Below the pieces are notes generated by a model. That model had not been told where the DNA came from, made no database searches, and saw only the letters and a program-made list of their open reading frames with translations. DNA of 63,987 bases, the filler included, from Neolecta irregularis DAH-3 (Eukaryota), in the NCBI GenBank assembly GCA_001929475.1. It is 20 parts of 20 records of this genome, joined end to end, with 100 filler letters (N's around TTAATTAATTAA, not from the genome) between each part and the next. Parts side by side here need not be neighbours in the genome. Positions count along the whole stretch, not along the records: positions 23,042 to 32,002 come from LXFE01000197.1; positions 32,103 to 33,137 come from LXFE01002571.1; positions 33,238 to 34,424 come from LXFE01000198.1; positions 34,525 to 35,971 come from LXFE01002578.1; positions 36,072 to 38,547 come from LXFE01000199.1; 15 more parts are not named here. The stretch is one strand, 5' to 3'. The position numbers and the translations under genes are program-made. Position 1 is the stretch's first letter, and each line of letters begins with the position of its first letter. Below, in pieces: positions 24,017 to 36,308 of this stretch.

Positions 24017-25438
24017 TCAAGAGAGTACCAATTTGTTGCTTATTCCAATGAGCTTACAGAATTGCTCGGTCTGTGGGTTTATCAGATTATTACCTGCTAC
24101 TTAGAAAACATTGAACGGGTGTAATACGGTGTCTAGGTTGAAGCTCCTTTGGATGCGGAGGTATCGTAATTTCGAAATTCTTCGGGATGGCTAGGTCCTT
24201 TACATTTTCTGCAACCCATACTCTTTCCTTTTGAATCAGCCTGATAGTAAGCAGTGTAGAAGAGATGAGTTGTACTCCTCAACGTTCTGCGGGAGTAATG
24301 GTTGCGTTCTGGAGGTGGTGAAATAAGGATGATAGACTCGAGTGATTGCTAGCCATTCGGGGTCATAACAAAGATTTGTTGACAAGGACGGATTTGAAGC
24401 GATCGGCGAGACCGGTTCGATTTCTAGGATCTGCATATAATCACGACGTGGTAAGACCTTGTCTAATGCCAAGAATCGTGTCTCCTCAGGGAACCGCGGA
24501 CCGTCTTCCTTTGGTGCGGTAGTATCTCCTGCGCTAGGAGTCTCGACTTGGGTATTATCGTCAAGATCGATGGCAATTTCGTCTGGATTTTCTACCTTTG
24601 TAGTGACCTTATGTTTGAAAATTGCAGCAAATTTGACGTGCAGGTGACTTGAAAACCAGAATCTTGGTTTCAAAGTCTTCAGAAGATGCATTGCCGGAGG
24701 ACTCCCAAGTTGACCATTCTTGATATCATCATGGAAATGCTTTTTTTTCTTTAGAAGAGCTTTCATATTTCCACGGTGTTCGATTCCAGCGGGCCAGTCG
24801 TGAGATAGCATGATGTCCAAAGGACTTTTGTCACAGATATGAGAGAGTTTGGCAACATCAAAAGCGCGGACATGGTAGGCACTACGCATTGTGGAATGGT
24901 CGTACGGAGGCTTTTCGAAATGACCTTGTCGTAAGATGATTGGTAGTCTAGCAAGAGTGTACCGAGATTTAAATCGGATTTATAGTAGATTCCAGACAGA
25001 CCAGCAAGCCGGAGGCCGTTGAAAGTGACTGCTCCCGAATTGCCGAGATAATACATATTTGGGGCGACCCAGCCGCCATAGAAGCTGTGGTCAGAGCAGC
25101 ACAGGTGAAGCGACATACAGCTCCCGCATATAGCCACTGGATTCATGGTTGCCGCCGATTAGAACAGTCAAGATGGGGGCTCTTCGTTTCGCTGCATAGT
25201 ACTTTTGAAAGTCGCCCAGCTGGAGATATTTCTTGGGAACAGCCAAAGACGCATAGTCTGAGGTGTTTCTGATAGCCTGTCAATGGTTAGGTGGTGCAGA
25301 AGAAAGCAAGTGTGCTTGAAAATCGCCGGTGATGAGCAACAGGTCTATGCGTGTCTTTTTCTTGACCTGGAGCTTTGCTACGGTGTCATAAATGACATCA
25401 AGCTCGCCATGGCAGCACCCCTGGACAGCGATTTGCAT
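24017..25438 (-). CDS. DBR1: RNA lariat debranching enzyme
   Basis: [60 protein letters not shown]. Confidence 0.96.
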
Positions 25439-25489
25439 TTTTTGGGTGGAACGGGAGCGGGCGTTGTGCCTGCGGGCAATATAATAGGT

Positions 25490-25720
25490 GCCAGTGATAA
25501 CAGTGGTAAGCGGCTTATGCCGGTGAATAAACGGCTTTGGCTGCCGGTGTAATAGGCGGAACTGAGTGCCAATGGCGGTGAGGGGCTTCGACTGCCAGCG
25601 TAAAAGCAGCTTTAACTGCCAATTGTGGAAAACGGCCCGACTACAAATGGTGGTAAGCGGCTCTACATGTAAACGACTCCGATTGAGTGAACATCCCGAC
25701 TACACAAGTAACAGAACCCT
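25490..25720. repeat. Degenerate ~24-nt tandem array in the divergent intergenic region
   Basis: About 8 units of (CT)GCC(GG/AA)TG...AA(G)CGGCT... Confidence 0.5.
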
Positions 25721-25834
25721 ACGATTAGTGTAGTAGCCCACTCCACTGTACAAAGAACAAGCCCCCATTGCGATAGTTGTGGGCTGTGAAATCGTCGACG
25801 TCAGCTACTACTCCAGCAATACTGTTACTGCGCC

Positions 25835-26672
25835 ATGCCCACCTACCAGGATCTGCCTGAGCGCGAGCAGCAGTTTGGACAAGGAAACCCCAAAATTTTC
25901 CTTGTCACCACTGCAAAACTCTCCTTCATGGCATATCTACCCGTTACTCTTCTCACTCCCAGGCCCTTGACGAGCAAGCCCCTCTCACCTCGGACGAGCG
26001 CACCCAGATCAAGGATATTGTCCGTTCCACAACCATGTGGGGCCTCGGCTGTATGTTCTTTCCGCCTGTGTTTATAGGATTAACCTATCGTGAGTCTCCG
26101 TGTTTCACTGCTCCGCTAATCCTCCAGAGCGCCCCGATGTCCAGCGCTGGCTATTTTCCTCCCGCAAGCCCTCATTTACCCGCATCGGTACCGTCTTGTT
26201 CCTCAGCAGTCTCGCCGGCGACATGGTTGTTCTCCTCCTTTCCTCCTGCTGACAGCAGGTCGGCACCTTCATTGGCGCAAGGCGCATTGCACGAACTGTG
26301 CATGAACTCGGTCCTGGATTCCGCCAGCGCTATGTTTCATACGAGCCTTCTGTGAATCCTGCAAAGATACCCCAGAATACAGAGTCCTGGCCCATACAGC
26401 CCTCTTCTCGTCCTGATCCGCTAGTCCAGGATAGATACTCAATAAACAAAGATCCGCCTTTACGTCCGCCTCTCAGCCGCTGGGAAGAAATCAGGCAAGG
26501 GATATCAAAAGAATCAATCCGCAACCCGCCTGTCTCCAATATGGATTATTCTTACGAGACTCCCAAGTCTGCCTCATCTAATGAAAGCACAGGCTCTCAA
26601 TCATTGGCACAGAAGGAATTTGATTCATTGCTAGAAAATGAACGAAAAATGGCCGACCAAGAATTCATGTGA
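25835..26672 (+). CDS. Hypothetical membrane protein, multi-exon
   Basis: Short introns, hydrophobic middle, C-terminal SRWEEIR and QKEFDSLLENER. Confidence 0.55.
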
Positions 26673-26833
26673 AGTCGGATTATCCCCAGATATACACTGC
26701 TGTTCATGGTACCCTTATTAGAGGCTTGAATTCTTGTATACACTGGTAATTTTTGGTTTTGTAAATTGGAACATGGAGGGGATTATCCTCACAAACCATC
26801 AATGATTATTGCTATAGACCCAACACCACCGCC

Positions 26834-28006
26834 ATGAGTAAACGGCAACTTGAAATTGTAGACTCCGAAGGCGAGGATGAAGATATATACATCGAGCGTG
26901 ATTTCTCGCTGAACGGTATGCCTCGGCTACCATTTCAAAGGTGAACACTCAGTCGAGCAAACTCTTCCACCTGCAATCTCGGATAAGTTTCAGCTTCCCA
27001 CTGCATACGAACATAGAGATGGTCCTTTGTGAGAAACGCATTTTGACTGAGGATTTTAGCTGCACACGATAAGAGACAACGCTTGGATGATAAAATCAAG
27101 GATAACATACAAGATCTGACTATTGCACGCATTCAAGTTGGGGCTACAGAAGAGCCTGCTACTTCCCCTAGACCCACATTCGAAAGAGATGTTATTCCCG
27201 AGACGCCATCGGAGATACCACATACCTCCCAAACAGATCAGGTGCCCTGCAGTATCGAGAGCAAACCCCGATTACCAACATCTCCTCTAAATACAAGCCA
27301 CGATGCAAAGGAATTGCACGATAAAAATACTAGTGGCGAGATGAAGGCTCCATTAATAATACCGCCAAACAAGAAACGGAAACTAAAACAGAAAATCACG
27401 AAAGAAGTTCCTCCGTCGATTGAGACTCCAAAATCGGTGGACCCTGGTCTGCAATCCACACAGCCTTCAAGCTTCGTCTATCCCGATCGTAGTCTATTAA
27501 ATGATAAGAAGCCCATGCTGTCATTTACAGAAGAACTGGATGAATTGCGACAGATGATAACCGACAGCCCGAAACCTCGACTCGATGAACGAATACCGAC
27601 TTTGAACTATTCGTCAGCGAAAAGCCAGGACTCTCAGTTTGCTAACCCTGAGCCCTCACAGCCGTCAACTACAAAAAAGACGCGTTCGCGGAAATGCGAC
27701 AAGCTCGAGAAAAATTCTCGAGGTCGTGTGAAAAACAAAAGTGTTGAAATCGACTCGATATTCGAAAAAGAGAATACTCAAGACAGATTGGAAGTGAACA
27801 AAGAGCCGTTAGCTGCCCTTCCTTGTGCGGTGCAATGTATTGAAACGGGAGTTTGTAGAGAGTCTGATACCGTGGAAGAATCCTCGATTCCTGCTCATGA
27901 CGTCAAATCAACATTACGACAGGTCTCTTCCAGACCAGCCGTTAGAGTCGGCCTATCTAGGATACGCAGAGTTGATTCTTTGCATAGCTATTTGAAGAAG
28001 GTCTGA
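26834..28006 (+). CDS. Hypothetical low-complexity (likely nuclear) protein
   Basis: Starts MSKRQLEIVDSEGED; 307-aa exon ending VRVGLSR..RVDSLH, a motif style seen in conserved fungal proteins. Confidence 0.65.
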
Positions 28007-28058
28007 TCTACCTCCAACCCCAACCTTCAACTGCATACACCCATCCGGTCACAGTATT

Positions 28059-28253
28059 ATGTCTCGTCAAATTGATAAGGAAGCGTATATGGAGGAAGAG
28101 GACTTTGATACTGAGATACCGGCTGGAGACTTTGTCATTGAACAGATTCGACCATCTTCTATCTGGCCTCTTCTTGTATGTTACATCTTTATGATGGTAT
28201 ACATGTCTCTCATTATGATTATTCCAAATCTTGAAGCTAGATCTAAACTCTAA
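28059..28253 (+). CDS. Possible 64-aa single-pass membrane microprotein
   Basis: ATG-initiated, acidic N-terminus, one hydrophobic helix near the C-terminus. Confidence 0.35.
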   Translation: MSRQIDKEAYMEEEDFDTEIPAGDFVIEQIRPSSIWPLLVCYIFMMVYMSLIMIIPNLEARSKL

Positions 28254-28430
28254 TGGCATCAATTCCATAATGAACTATTTCCAATAAAAGTAGTTTCTGA
28301 GATGAAGCGAGGTCGATTTTGAATTGTATTCTAGATAGATAATAATGGCGTCTGTAGGGGATATGCGACTCGCGTCACACCAGCAGCCTTGTTTCCGATA
28401 CCGACGTTCGTTCAACCATAGCCCTTGCCG

Positions 28431-29900
28431 ATGCTCTTTGAAAGGCTCGGTCTAGTGACGCAGACTCGAATCTCTTTCGCATGCAGCATATTGAACTGGT
28501 AAGCTCAACATGTATCATTGCTCAACGTTAGCCTGACTGCTGGCTCCGTGTTGATATTCTCATGTTACAGCCCCGAGTTTCAGCGATCTTTGGGATACAC
28601 AGCGTCCGATATAAATGAAGTGAGCATAGCTTTTGAAACGGGCATGTCTTTGCCCCTTCCGTGAGATGCTATCCTTGCATTTTATTTATACAAGAATCTA
28701 CGGATGGATCTGCGACCATGAACTTCTCGGTCCTCATAGGTATATCTTCAACGCATGCGTCTGATGCTAGGCTATCGCTTTTGAGCTCATTTCTATTTGT
28801 GCTTGGTTATATATTCGCTGCGCAGTCATTTCGGCACTCTTGGTCTGCGTGGGTTATGATAATTTGTTTCATCCTGATTGGAGCGGGAACCACCGCTTCG
28901 TGCTTCATCCCCATTTCCAGTAACTTACAATAGGTATTTATCTGGGGTATCCGCGGCTGCTAAGAATTATCCGCATCGACGGGGTCTTGCTATTTCCCTT
29001 ACGATTTCCTCGTTTGGTCTGTCTGGATTATGGATATCCCAGCTCGCGTCGTGGTTCTTCATCAAAGAGGATGTTGTTCAGGTCGATAGGCTGTTCAATT
29101 TTCTTGGTATATTATTAGGTGTCGTCGGGATCATTGGCTGGATAGGTACGGTTCAGTCGTTTGTAGATTAATATACAGGACTCCGAATAATACCACAGTC
29201 CGACGAAGAGGAAGAGCCATTAATCCAAGGTCCTCTTCTAACGACTACATTGAAGGAATTCATCCGTGATTGGACAGCGTATGTTTATCTCTTTTCACTC
29301 ATTCTTTTACTTGGCGCTGGGGATTTATGGGTTAATACGGTACATTCCATCACCGACGTTTGTTGACATTAGATGGGCACGCTTCTCTACAGTTTAGATC
29401 CCGGTGGAAATCCGGCAAACCAAGTATCTATTTTCGCATTCTTCAGTACTGTTTCACGGCTACTGTTTGGTGCGCTGTGCGATTTTCTTCCGAGTCGAAT
29501 ACCCCGGCTTTGGCTGTTTGTTATTCCGGCGGTGATTATGGCCGCGACGCATCTGCTTATTGCAGTCGGGGTGTTTGAAATATGGCCTTTTAATATAGCT
29601 AGTTTGCTCATTGGGATCGCTTACGGATCGCTCTTTACGGTGGCACCCGTTCTGACATCGTCATCTTGGGGACTGGAGAATTTTGCAACGTTTTGGGGTA
29701 TCCTGGCATATAGTCCAATGATCGGAGCGTTGGTGTTTGGTTGCCTCTACAGTAGTTTTTATGATTCTCGGGCTCGAGATGGAGTTTGTTTTGGAAATGG
29801 ATGTTATAGAGACGCATATCTTATCAGCGGGGGTTGTTCAATTATTGGTATTTTGGGGATGATTGTAGTCTGGAGAGGATGGAAATTAAAACGAAATTAA
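28431..29900 (+). CDS. MCH1: MFS transporter, Mch1/nodulin-like
   Basis: AGSVLIFS.YSP, PIYGWICD, AAKNYP..RGLA.S...SSFGLSG, SRL.FG.L.D, WGLENFATFWG, CFGNGCY. Confidence 0.75.
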
Positions 29901-29945
29901 TTAAGAACGTCTTTCTATGTCTATGTAGTCTACTCTGACTGAGAG

Positions 29946-31483
29946 TTAAGAAATCGTCTTTTCGGCTTGATCGATTCTATGTGTTAGATTCTGCTGGTAG
30001 ATGGTATACGAGCTCAGTTTGACCGCATTTCTCCGTCGTTGGCGGATAATCCGGGGACCGACGGACAAAATGCCCAACACGACAAACATGCAAGCGGCAC
30101 CCATGATGCCAGCTGCTACGAGAGAAACTGGATCTCGCTTCGTAAAGTCCAAGGACGTGTATTCTGCACAAAACCCGGTACTCAGTCCGCAAGCATTGCA
30201 CCAGCCTTTAGCATCACGGATCGCGAATTTGGTCAATTCCAAAAATTCAGTCCAGGGTAAATCAATTTCATCTTTTCCAAACAGGGGATAGGAATACATT
30301 TCTTCAACGGTGCCATTTCGAAAGTTGAATCGCACGACGAGATCAGACGTATCTTGAGCTAAAAGTTCGAATGACATCATCGATGCATATTGCGGAAGCC
30401 CGATGAAATTTTGATTCAGGTTCGAAAGACCGAGGAGTCCAAAGACCGCAAGAAAAGTATCGTAAGAGCCTTTATTAGAAATCGTAGGCAGGAAGTACCT
30501 GCAAAATAAGTCAATTTCGATTTACGAGACGGATCGAATGCTGTTTCGTTGAGACGAGCGATGAGTGCGCCGATAAAGGACATGCCGCCGATTGAACGGT
30601 CGCGAGAGTGTGGAGTATAAGACAAGGCAAATTCATGCTGGTCGGCGAGGACTCGCAGTTGATCGAGATCGTGGGGGGTTACGATGGACGAGTTATTTTG
30701 GATTGATTCGCAGTTCAAGTAATCAAAGATACCATAAGCGTTCTAGATACCGTAAGCGTTCTTGTATTAAACCGGTCAGAGGGTTCGTACCTGGTAGCCA
30801 ATTTGGGAGTCTGTATAAACTGGATCAAGGACATTTTTGAGTGATTGGTAAAAGTCTGCTGAAGAATTTTGAATGTCTTTGAACTGATGGTGAGTACAAG
30901 TGAGTGGGAACAGCACCTCTGTAGATTGAGAGTAGCGATGCATGGATTTTGTAGCGACAGGACAGTTTTCGTCGCCTTTGAGCCAGATTGTTTCTGGAGC
31001 GTTTGCAGAAAGGCCGTTGACGACGACGTATTGGTAGCCATTCAGCGGGGCTGGTTGTCGCGTTCCATTTGACAAAACCTCGATATCGCTGCTTGTGGGA
31101 GGGTAGAGGCCCTGCAGAAAGGCGTACGCGGTGCTCATCAGAGTGTTTTCATTGCTGTGATTGAGCGGATGGTGAGGGGGGCAGATACGGAGCGGCCGAA
31201 AATATTTGAAAAGGCAGATATTCGCTTTGAGAGATGCCTTCGATGTAGTTGGAGGAGGAATTGAGCAGATAGCGATTGCGGGCATAATTTCCGGCGGAAT
31301 AGACCTGGGACTGGCCCAAGTTTGTCAAATGAGTGGTACCCAAAACTTTCTGCAGTCAGCAAATGCAATCTAGCTATTCACCGCTGTGCGATCTCCATGG
31401 CGACCAAGGATCACTGCAGCAATGACCGAGTGAGCGCTAACCCCTGCAGCACAGAGGAGAATGGCGGCCCGGAGCAGATCCAT
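29946..31483 (-). CDS. Histidine acid phosphatase family, signal peptide and C-terminal TM
   Basis: RHGDRT motif, LT.LG..Q...AG...R.RY, AFLQGLYPP; several 29-48 nt introns. Confidence 0.88.
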
Positions 31484-31519
31484 GGTAATTATTATTTTCT
31501 GGGGGGTTGTTGCGCGAGC

Positions 31520-32002
31520 ATGACCCCCCCCCAACTATTCGCGGACGCCTTTCTCGACTACGAGACGTATCTCGAGCCGGGCTTTGACGCCGCGGCGTAT
31601 GCGAATGCTGTAGTTCTTGCCACGAACAGCCCTGGCGACCGCGAGGTTGATCTCGCGACGCCGCTGTCGAAAGTGCGGTTCGACCTGGCGGAAATCGACA
31701 AGCTGATCGGGCGCGAGCTGGACCTGCACCACGACGAGATTCTGCAGCATGCGCGGGAGGCGCGGCGCAGCGAGGCGACTGCCGCCCGGCTCGAGGACGC
31801 GGTTGCGGAGATGGCGCAGGCCTACGAGCGGTATTTGCTGCGGGGCGGGGCGATGATCTGACCGCAGGGCGGCCCTGAAGGCGCTGCGGCCGTTCCAGCA
31901 GGCGGCGCCGCTGCTGGACGTGCTGGCCAACCTTGCGGCGACGCTCCCGCTGCTGGGCGCGCTTGTGCGCTACCTGAACCTGGCGGGGCGGCTTGCGACG
32001 CA
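31520..32002 (+). CDS. COG5: Conserved oligomeric Golgi complex subunit 5 (5' part, truncated by contig end)
   Basis: DYE.YL.P.FDA.AYAN..VLATN...D..VDL.TPLSKV.FDL.EID. Confidence 0.88.
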
Positions 32003-32102
32003 NNNNNNNNNNNNNNNNNNNNNNNNNNNNNNNNNNNNNNNNNNNNTTAATTAATTAANNNNNNNNNNNNNNNNNNNNNNNNNNNNNNNNNNNNNNNNNN
32101 NN

Positions 32103-33137
32103 CCATGTAACAATGGCCTAAATTTCTCCAGTGCTTTTCTTATCGCGAACAACTCCTTGTCATGAGTTGTCCAGTTCCTTTGATGCATGTCGAGTTTCTT
32201 CGACATGAACATGACCGGATGTTCTAAATTGTCCGCCCCCACTTGCAACAGCACTGCTCCGATGCCAATTGATGATGAGTTGCAGGTAACTACCAAAGGT
32301 TTGGATGGGTCATGTCATGCTAGAACTGGAGGAGAGATTAATGCCTGTTTTAGTTTCTGGAATGCAGTCTTTTGCTCTGCATCCCATTTCCATGTTTGAT
32401 CTTTTCGAGTAAGTTCCGATAGGGGTGCTGAGATTGTTGCGAAGTTCGGAATGAAGCATTGATAAAACCCTAACATTCCCAAGAATGCTTGAGTTTCTTT
32501 AACGTTTGTTGGCTCTTTCCATTCCGAAATCACTGCAATCTTGGCATCTTGAGCTTCAATGCCCTTCTGGGATATCTTGAATCCCACCCACTCGATAACT
32601 TTCTTCTCGAATTCACATTTCTTCAATTTCGCGAAGAGTTTCTTCTCACGAAGTCATTCAAGTATTGCCTGGACATCCTTAATGTGCTGACTCTGTGATT
32701 CTGAGAATATCAGTACATCATCCATGAAGACATTACAGCATCATTCTAACCCGACCAATGCCCTATTCATCATCTGCATAAATGTGGCTGGCACATTTGC
32801 CAAGCCAAATGGTAACACTTTAAATTCAAAGTGTCCCATCTTTGTCTTAAATGCCGAGAGGGGTATGGTGTCCGGGTATAGTCGTTGCTGAAAATATCCT
32901 GATGCCAGGTCGAGTTTAGAGAACCAACCTGCATTACCGATCCGGTCCAACAGTTCATCTATCCTTGGTAGAGCGATGTTATTTTTAAGGGTATTGCTAT
33001 TAATATCGCGATAGTCAATACACATGTGTAGTTCTCCTGATTTCTTCTTGACAAATAGGCACACTGCACCGTAAGGAGATGTACTATGCTGGATAAATCC
33101 CTTTTTTAGCAGACTTTGTACCTCTTCTCTCATTGCG
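32103..33137 (-). mobile_element. Ty3/Gypsy pol fragment (RT-RNase H), inactivated
   Basis: SPYGA..LFV.KK, CIDYR, KLDLASGY, PFGL, FMDD, FLG..GFY, DKELFAI; in-frame stops. Confidence 0.95.
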
Positions 33138-33237
33138 NNNNNNNNNNNNNNNNNNNNNNNNNNNNNNNNNNNNNNNNNNNNTTAATTAATTAANNNNNNN
33201 NNNNNNNNNNNNNNNNNNNNNNNNNNNNNNNNNNNNN

Positions 33238-34229
33238 GCCGAACTTTGAGGACAACACAAGCGACAGCAGCGTCGGTTCCGAAAGTAACGATTACAACAT
33301 TGATTTCGATAAAGAATCGAGTTCTGACGAGTCAAAGACATACCGGAGACCATTGCGCCGAACTAATATATTGCGTTCAACGCGAGAAGGTAAACGTACA
33401 CGGCCAGCCCATGCGACAAAATGTGCCACTATAAGTGCGGCAAAGAAAGATATTAAGATACCCAAACCCGGTCATATTAAAAACCTTCGAATTATCCTCG
33501 CTGGCAATAAGCTGGGTGTCTCAAACTCAAAGCCAGTGGCTACCGGCGGAATTATGTGCCGAAGACAAAACCTCGTAAACGCTGTCAGATATTTGGTGCG
33601 ATACTTCAAAATTCCCTTTGACGAATTCTAGTTACAACCTGTCTTGGAAGTAACAAGTATCCGATACAAAGGAGAGGATATCGATCTTCTCTCACTTGCT
33701 GAACTTGCAAGGACGGATTTACTTCATTTTCAGGTATATAGAGCCCTTTGTAGTGAAATTTGACAGGAAGGAATCTCGCAAAGGACAAAACCAATTGTCT
33801 GCCATTGTAGATTGGGTTTATGAGAAAGTTCCTGACAATAATCAATTCTGCACTGGCCCCAATATTGATGGAATTATTATCCTTATAAATACCGGGAAAT
33901 GGGCGAACATGCGGAACCCGGATGAGCCTTCTCAAACTATTCATGCCATTTCTCATAGACGACAAGTAGCAGAAGGTTCCTTGGCAGCTTTTGTATCTAA
34001 CCTATCCTTTGATATGAATCTGACCTCCCAGCTCAAGCTCGCACCTGAATCCCTTACAGGAAATGACTTACTTGCATTAAAGAAAGTCAAGCCAGAACTT
34101 GAAGAAATTGCAGGTAGATTGCCAGGGAATAAGGTACATTCATGTGCGAGGTGTTCTAATTTCAAGAAATACAACAGTCGAGAAGTAATCCGACTATGGT
34201 GCGAGGAACATCTCCCATTTCAAAAATAG
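33238..34229 (+). CDS. Orphan multicopy protein with C-terminal CxxC..CxxH (paralog of 37446-37985), 5' truncated
   Basis: 177-aa terminal ORF nearly identical to the second copy. Confidence 0.55.
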
Positions 34230-34740
34230 ATTTAGAGTAGACGATAGAGTTTGTGCGTGGAAATTAGTAAAGTTTCTACAAGTTACTTTGAATGTAAACA
34301 ATGTTTTATTTCTCGATTTTCTCAGAAAACCGGGGTAAGCGGTGCCGCTATGCACAGTGCTGCGCCTGCAGTCAGCAGCAGGCAGGTGAGTGCAGGGACA
34401 AATACCCTACAGCATAGCCCGCTGNNNNNNNNNNNNNNNNNNNNNNNNNNNNNNNNNNNNNNNNNNNNTTAATTAATTAANNNNNNNNNNNNNNNNNNNN
34501 NNNNNNNNNNNNNNNNNNNNNNNNTCAACTTGATTATGTTGGAGAACTAGAAGTAGTCACTTTTGATGGAAACAAGAATCGCAAGTTTTACGTTTGCCAG
34601 GAAGAGGGTGGTCAAACGATACGTTCTTTCGGAGACTTGGATAATACCGGGATAAATTGCGAAGTGGTTCGAATATTTGTGTCTGCTGAGTATGATCGCC
34701 CAACTCTAAGTACAAGGACTCAATGTGATCATCTGATTTA

Positions 34741-35544
34741 TTGACATCTATACTGATGATGGTAGTCACCATTGAGTCATCTCTACTTCAAGGATCTGCA
34801 AACGAAAACATTGAAGGCTCGCTAGTTGATTTGCCAGATCTACCCCAAACCCTCTTTCAAGGAAAAAATGAGAATTTATCCCAGAGTATCAAAACGCCAA
34901 AACGACTATTAATACTCGATTCGACTGGAAGGTATCTCTCTGCCTTGTGCGCGCATGGATTAGCAAGGGGCTATGAAATCAATGTTGTCGTTAAATCATC
35001 AGGAACGATTCCTCCCGATTTGCGTCATCGTGTGACGATATTCGAAGGAGATCTACTATCGATTGATATTGTAAGCACGGCGTTAATGAATGTGGATGTG
35101 GTAGTCAGTATATTGGCACCTCGAATTCTCTTTCATGGAAAAGAGCAACCTGTTGCTACATTCTACGAGGAACTGGTACTAGTTATGAAGCAGCAGGGTG
35201 TCCAACGTATCATTGTAATTTCCGGAGCACAATTGAGCGACCAAAAGAAACATGGGGCGATGAAAATCCTAACATCTGCCAAGCTATATGTATTGAAGCC
35301 AGCTATGATGGAGTGTAATCGTTTCGTGGAGGTCATTTCAACTAGTGGCCTTCAGTTTACAATATTCAAAATGTTTATGCCGCATGGAAACGCGATGGAA
35401 AAGCCCACACCATATAGGCTCGAATATGGAACTCATTTTCAAGGACTATTAAAAACTTCAAGGAGCAATGCTGTACATTTTATATTCAGAGAACTTGCTA
35501 CCAATGAGTGGATATACGAGATGCCTGTAATTCACGATATATAA
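34741..35544 (+). CDS. NAD(P)-binding Rossmann-fold protein (flavin reductase/BLVRB-like, divergent); 5' end uncertain
   Basis: LLILDSTG...GLARGYEI.VVV, IFEGDL, NVDVVVS.L, MKQQGVQRII..S, SGLQFTI, TSR..AV.F. Confidence 0.7.
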   Translation: MTSILMMVVTIESSLLQGSANENIEGSLVDLPDLPQTLFQGKNENLSQSIKTPKRLLILDSTGRYLSALCAHGLARGYEINVVVKSSGTIPPDLRHRVTIFEGDLLSIDIVSTALMNVDVVVSILAPRILFHGKEQPVATFYEELVLVMKQQGVQRIIVISGAQLSDQKKHGAMKILTSAKLYVLKPAMMECNRFVEVISTSGLQFTIFKMFMPHGNAMEKPTPYRLEYGTHFQGLLKTSRSNAVHFIFRELATNEWIYEMPVIHDI

Positions 35545-36308
35545 TGGATAGTAAATACGAGATTGAGATCTAAAAGCAATACGGCTCGAGATCTAGTGAA
35601 GATAGAGTGTGGATTGATACAAACTAATATTCAATCAATACAGAATCCACAGCACATCACTCCCAAGTACATAAATTCAGTGCAACGTCCAAGTAGACGG
35701 TCTACTATCGGTGAGACTCCTGTGGGCGGGACGTTCAGATTTCTTCGGCGGGCGCGTGGATATTGATCGAGAAAGTGGCGACACGTGTGCCATGGATTCA
35801 AGACATGCTTTAACATGGGAGATTTGTATTACTTTCAGACTAGACAATTCCACTCACCGATCTGCCAAATATGTCTCAAGACAACTGTCGATCCATTTTG
35901 ACATACAAAGGCAACTCGACTGAAAAATACGATAAAACGTGGCGGGATTCCTCTCAAACCGCAGGATCTAANNNNNNNNNNNNNNNNNNNNNNNNNNNNN
36001 NNNNNNNNNNNNNNNTTAATTAATTAANNNNNNNNNNNNNNNNNNNNNNNNNNNNNNNNNNNNNNNNNNNNTCCAAAATGAGCAAGTAAGCAAGTCCAAA
36101 GGCTAGACTTGGACTTACTTACTTGATAGCAAGTCTGATTACAACAACTACAACAACTACCAAACCCTTACAAACCTTAAGCTACAACCTGCGTGTGACA
36201 CGCTTACATAGAGTCTGTCGTGATATCAGGAGTCCTGTGGGTTAGTCCGCTGTATTTGTCCTGCTATTATGCAGTCCTATATAGAATTAGAGGTATCTTA
36301 ACGTAACC

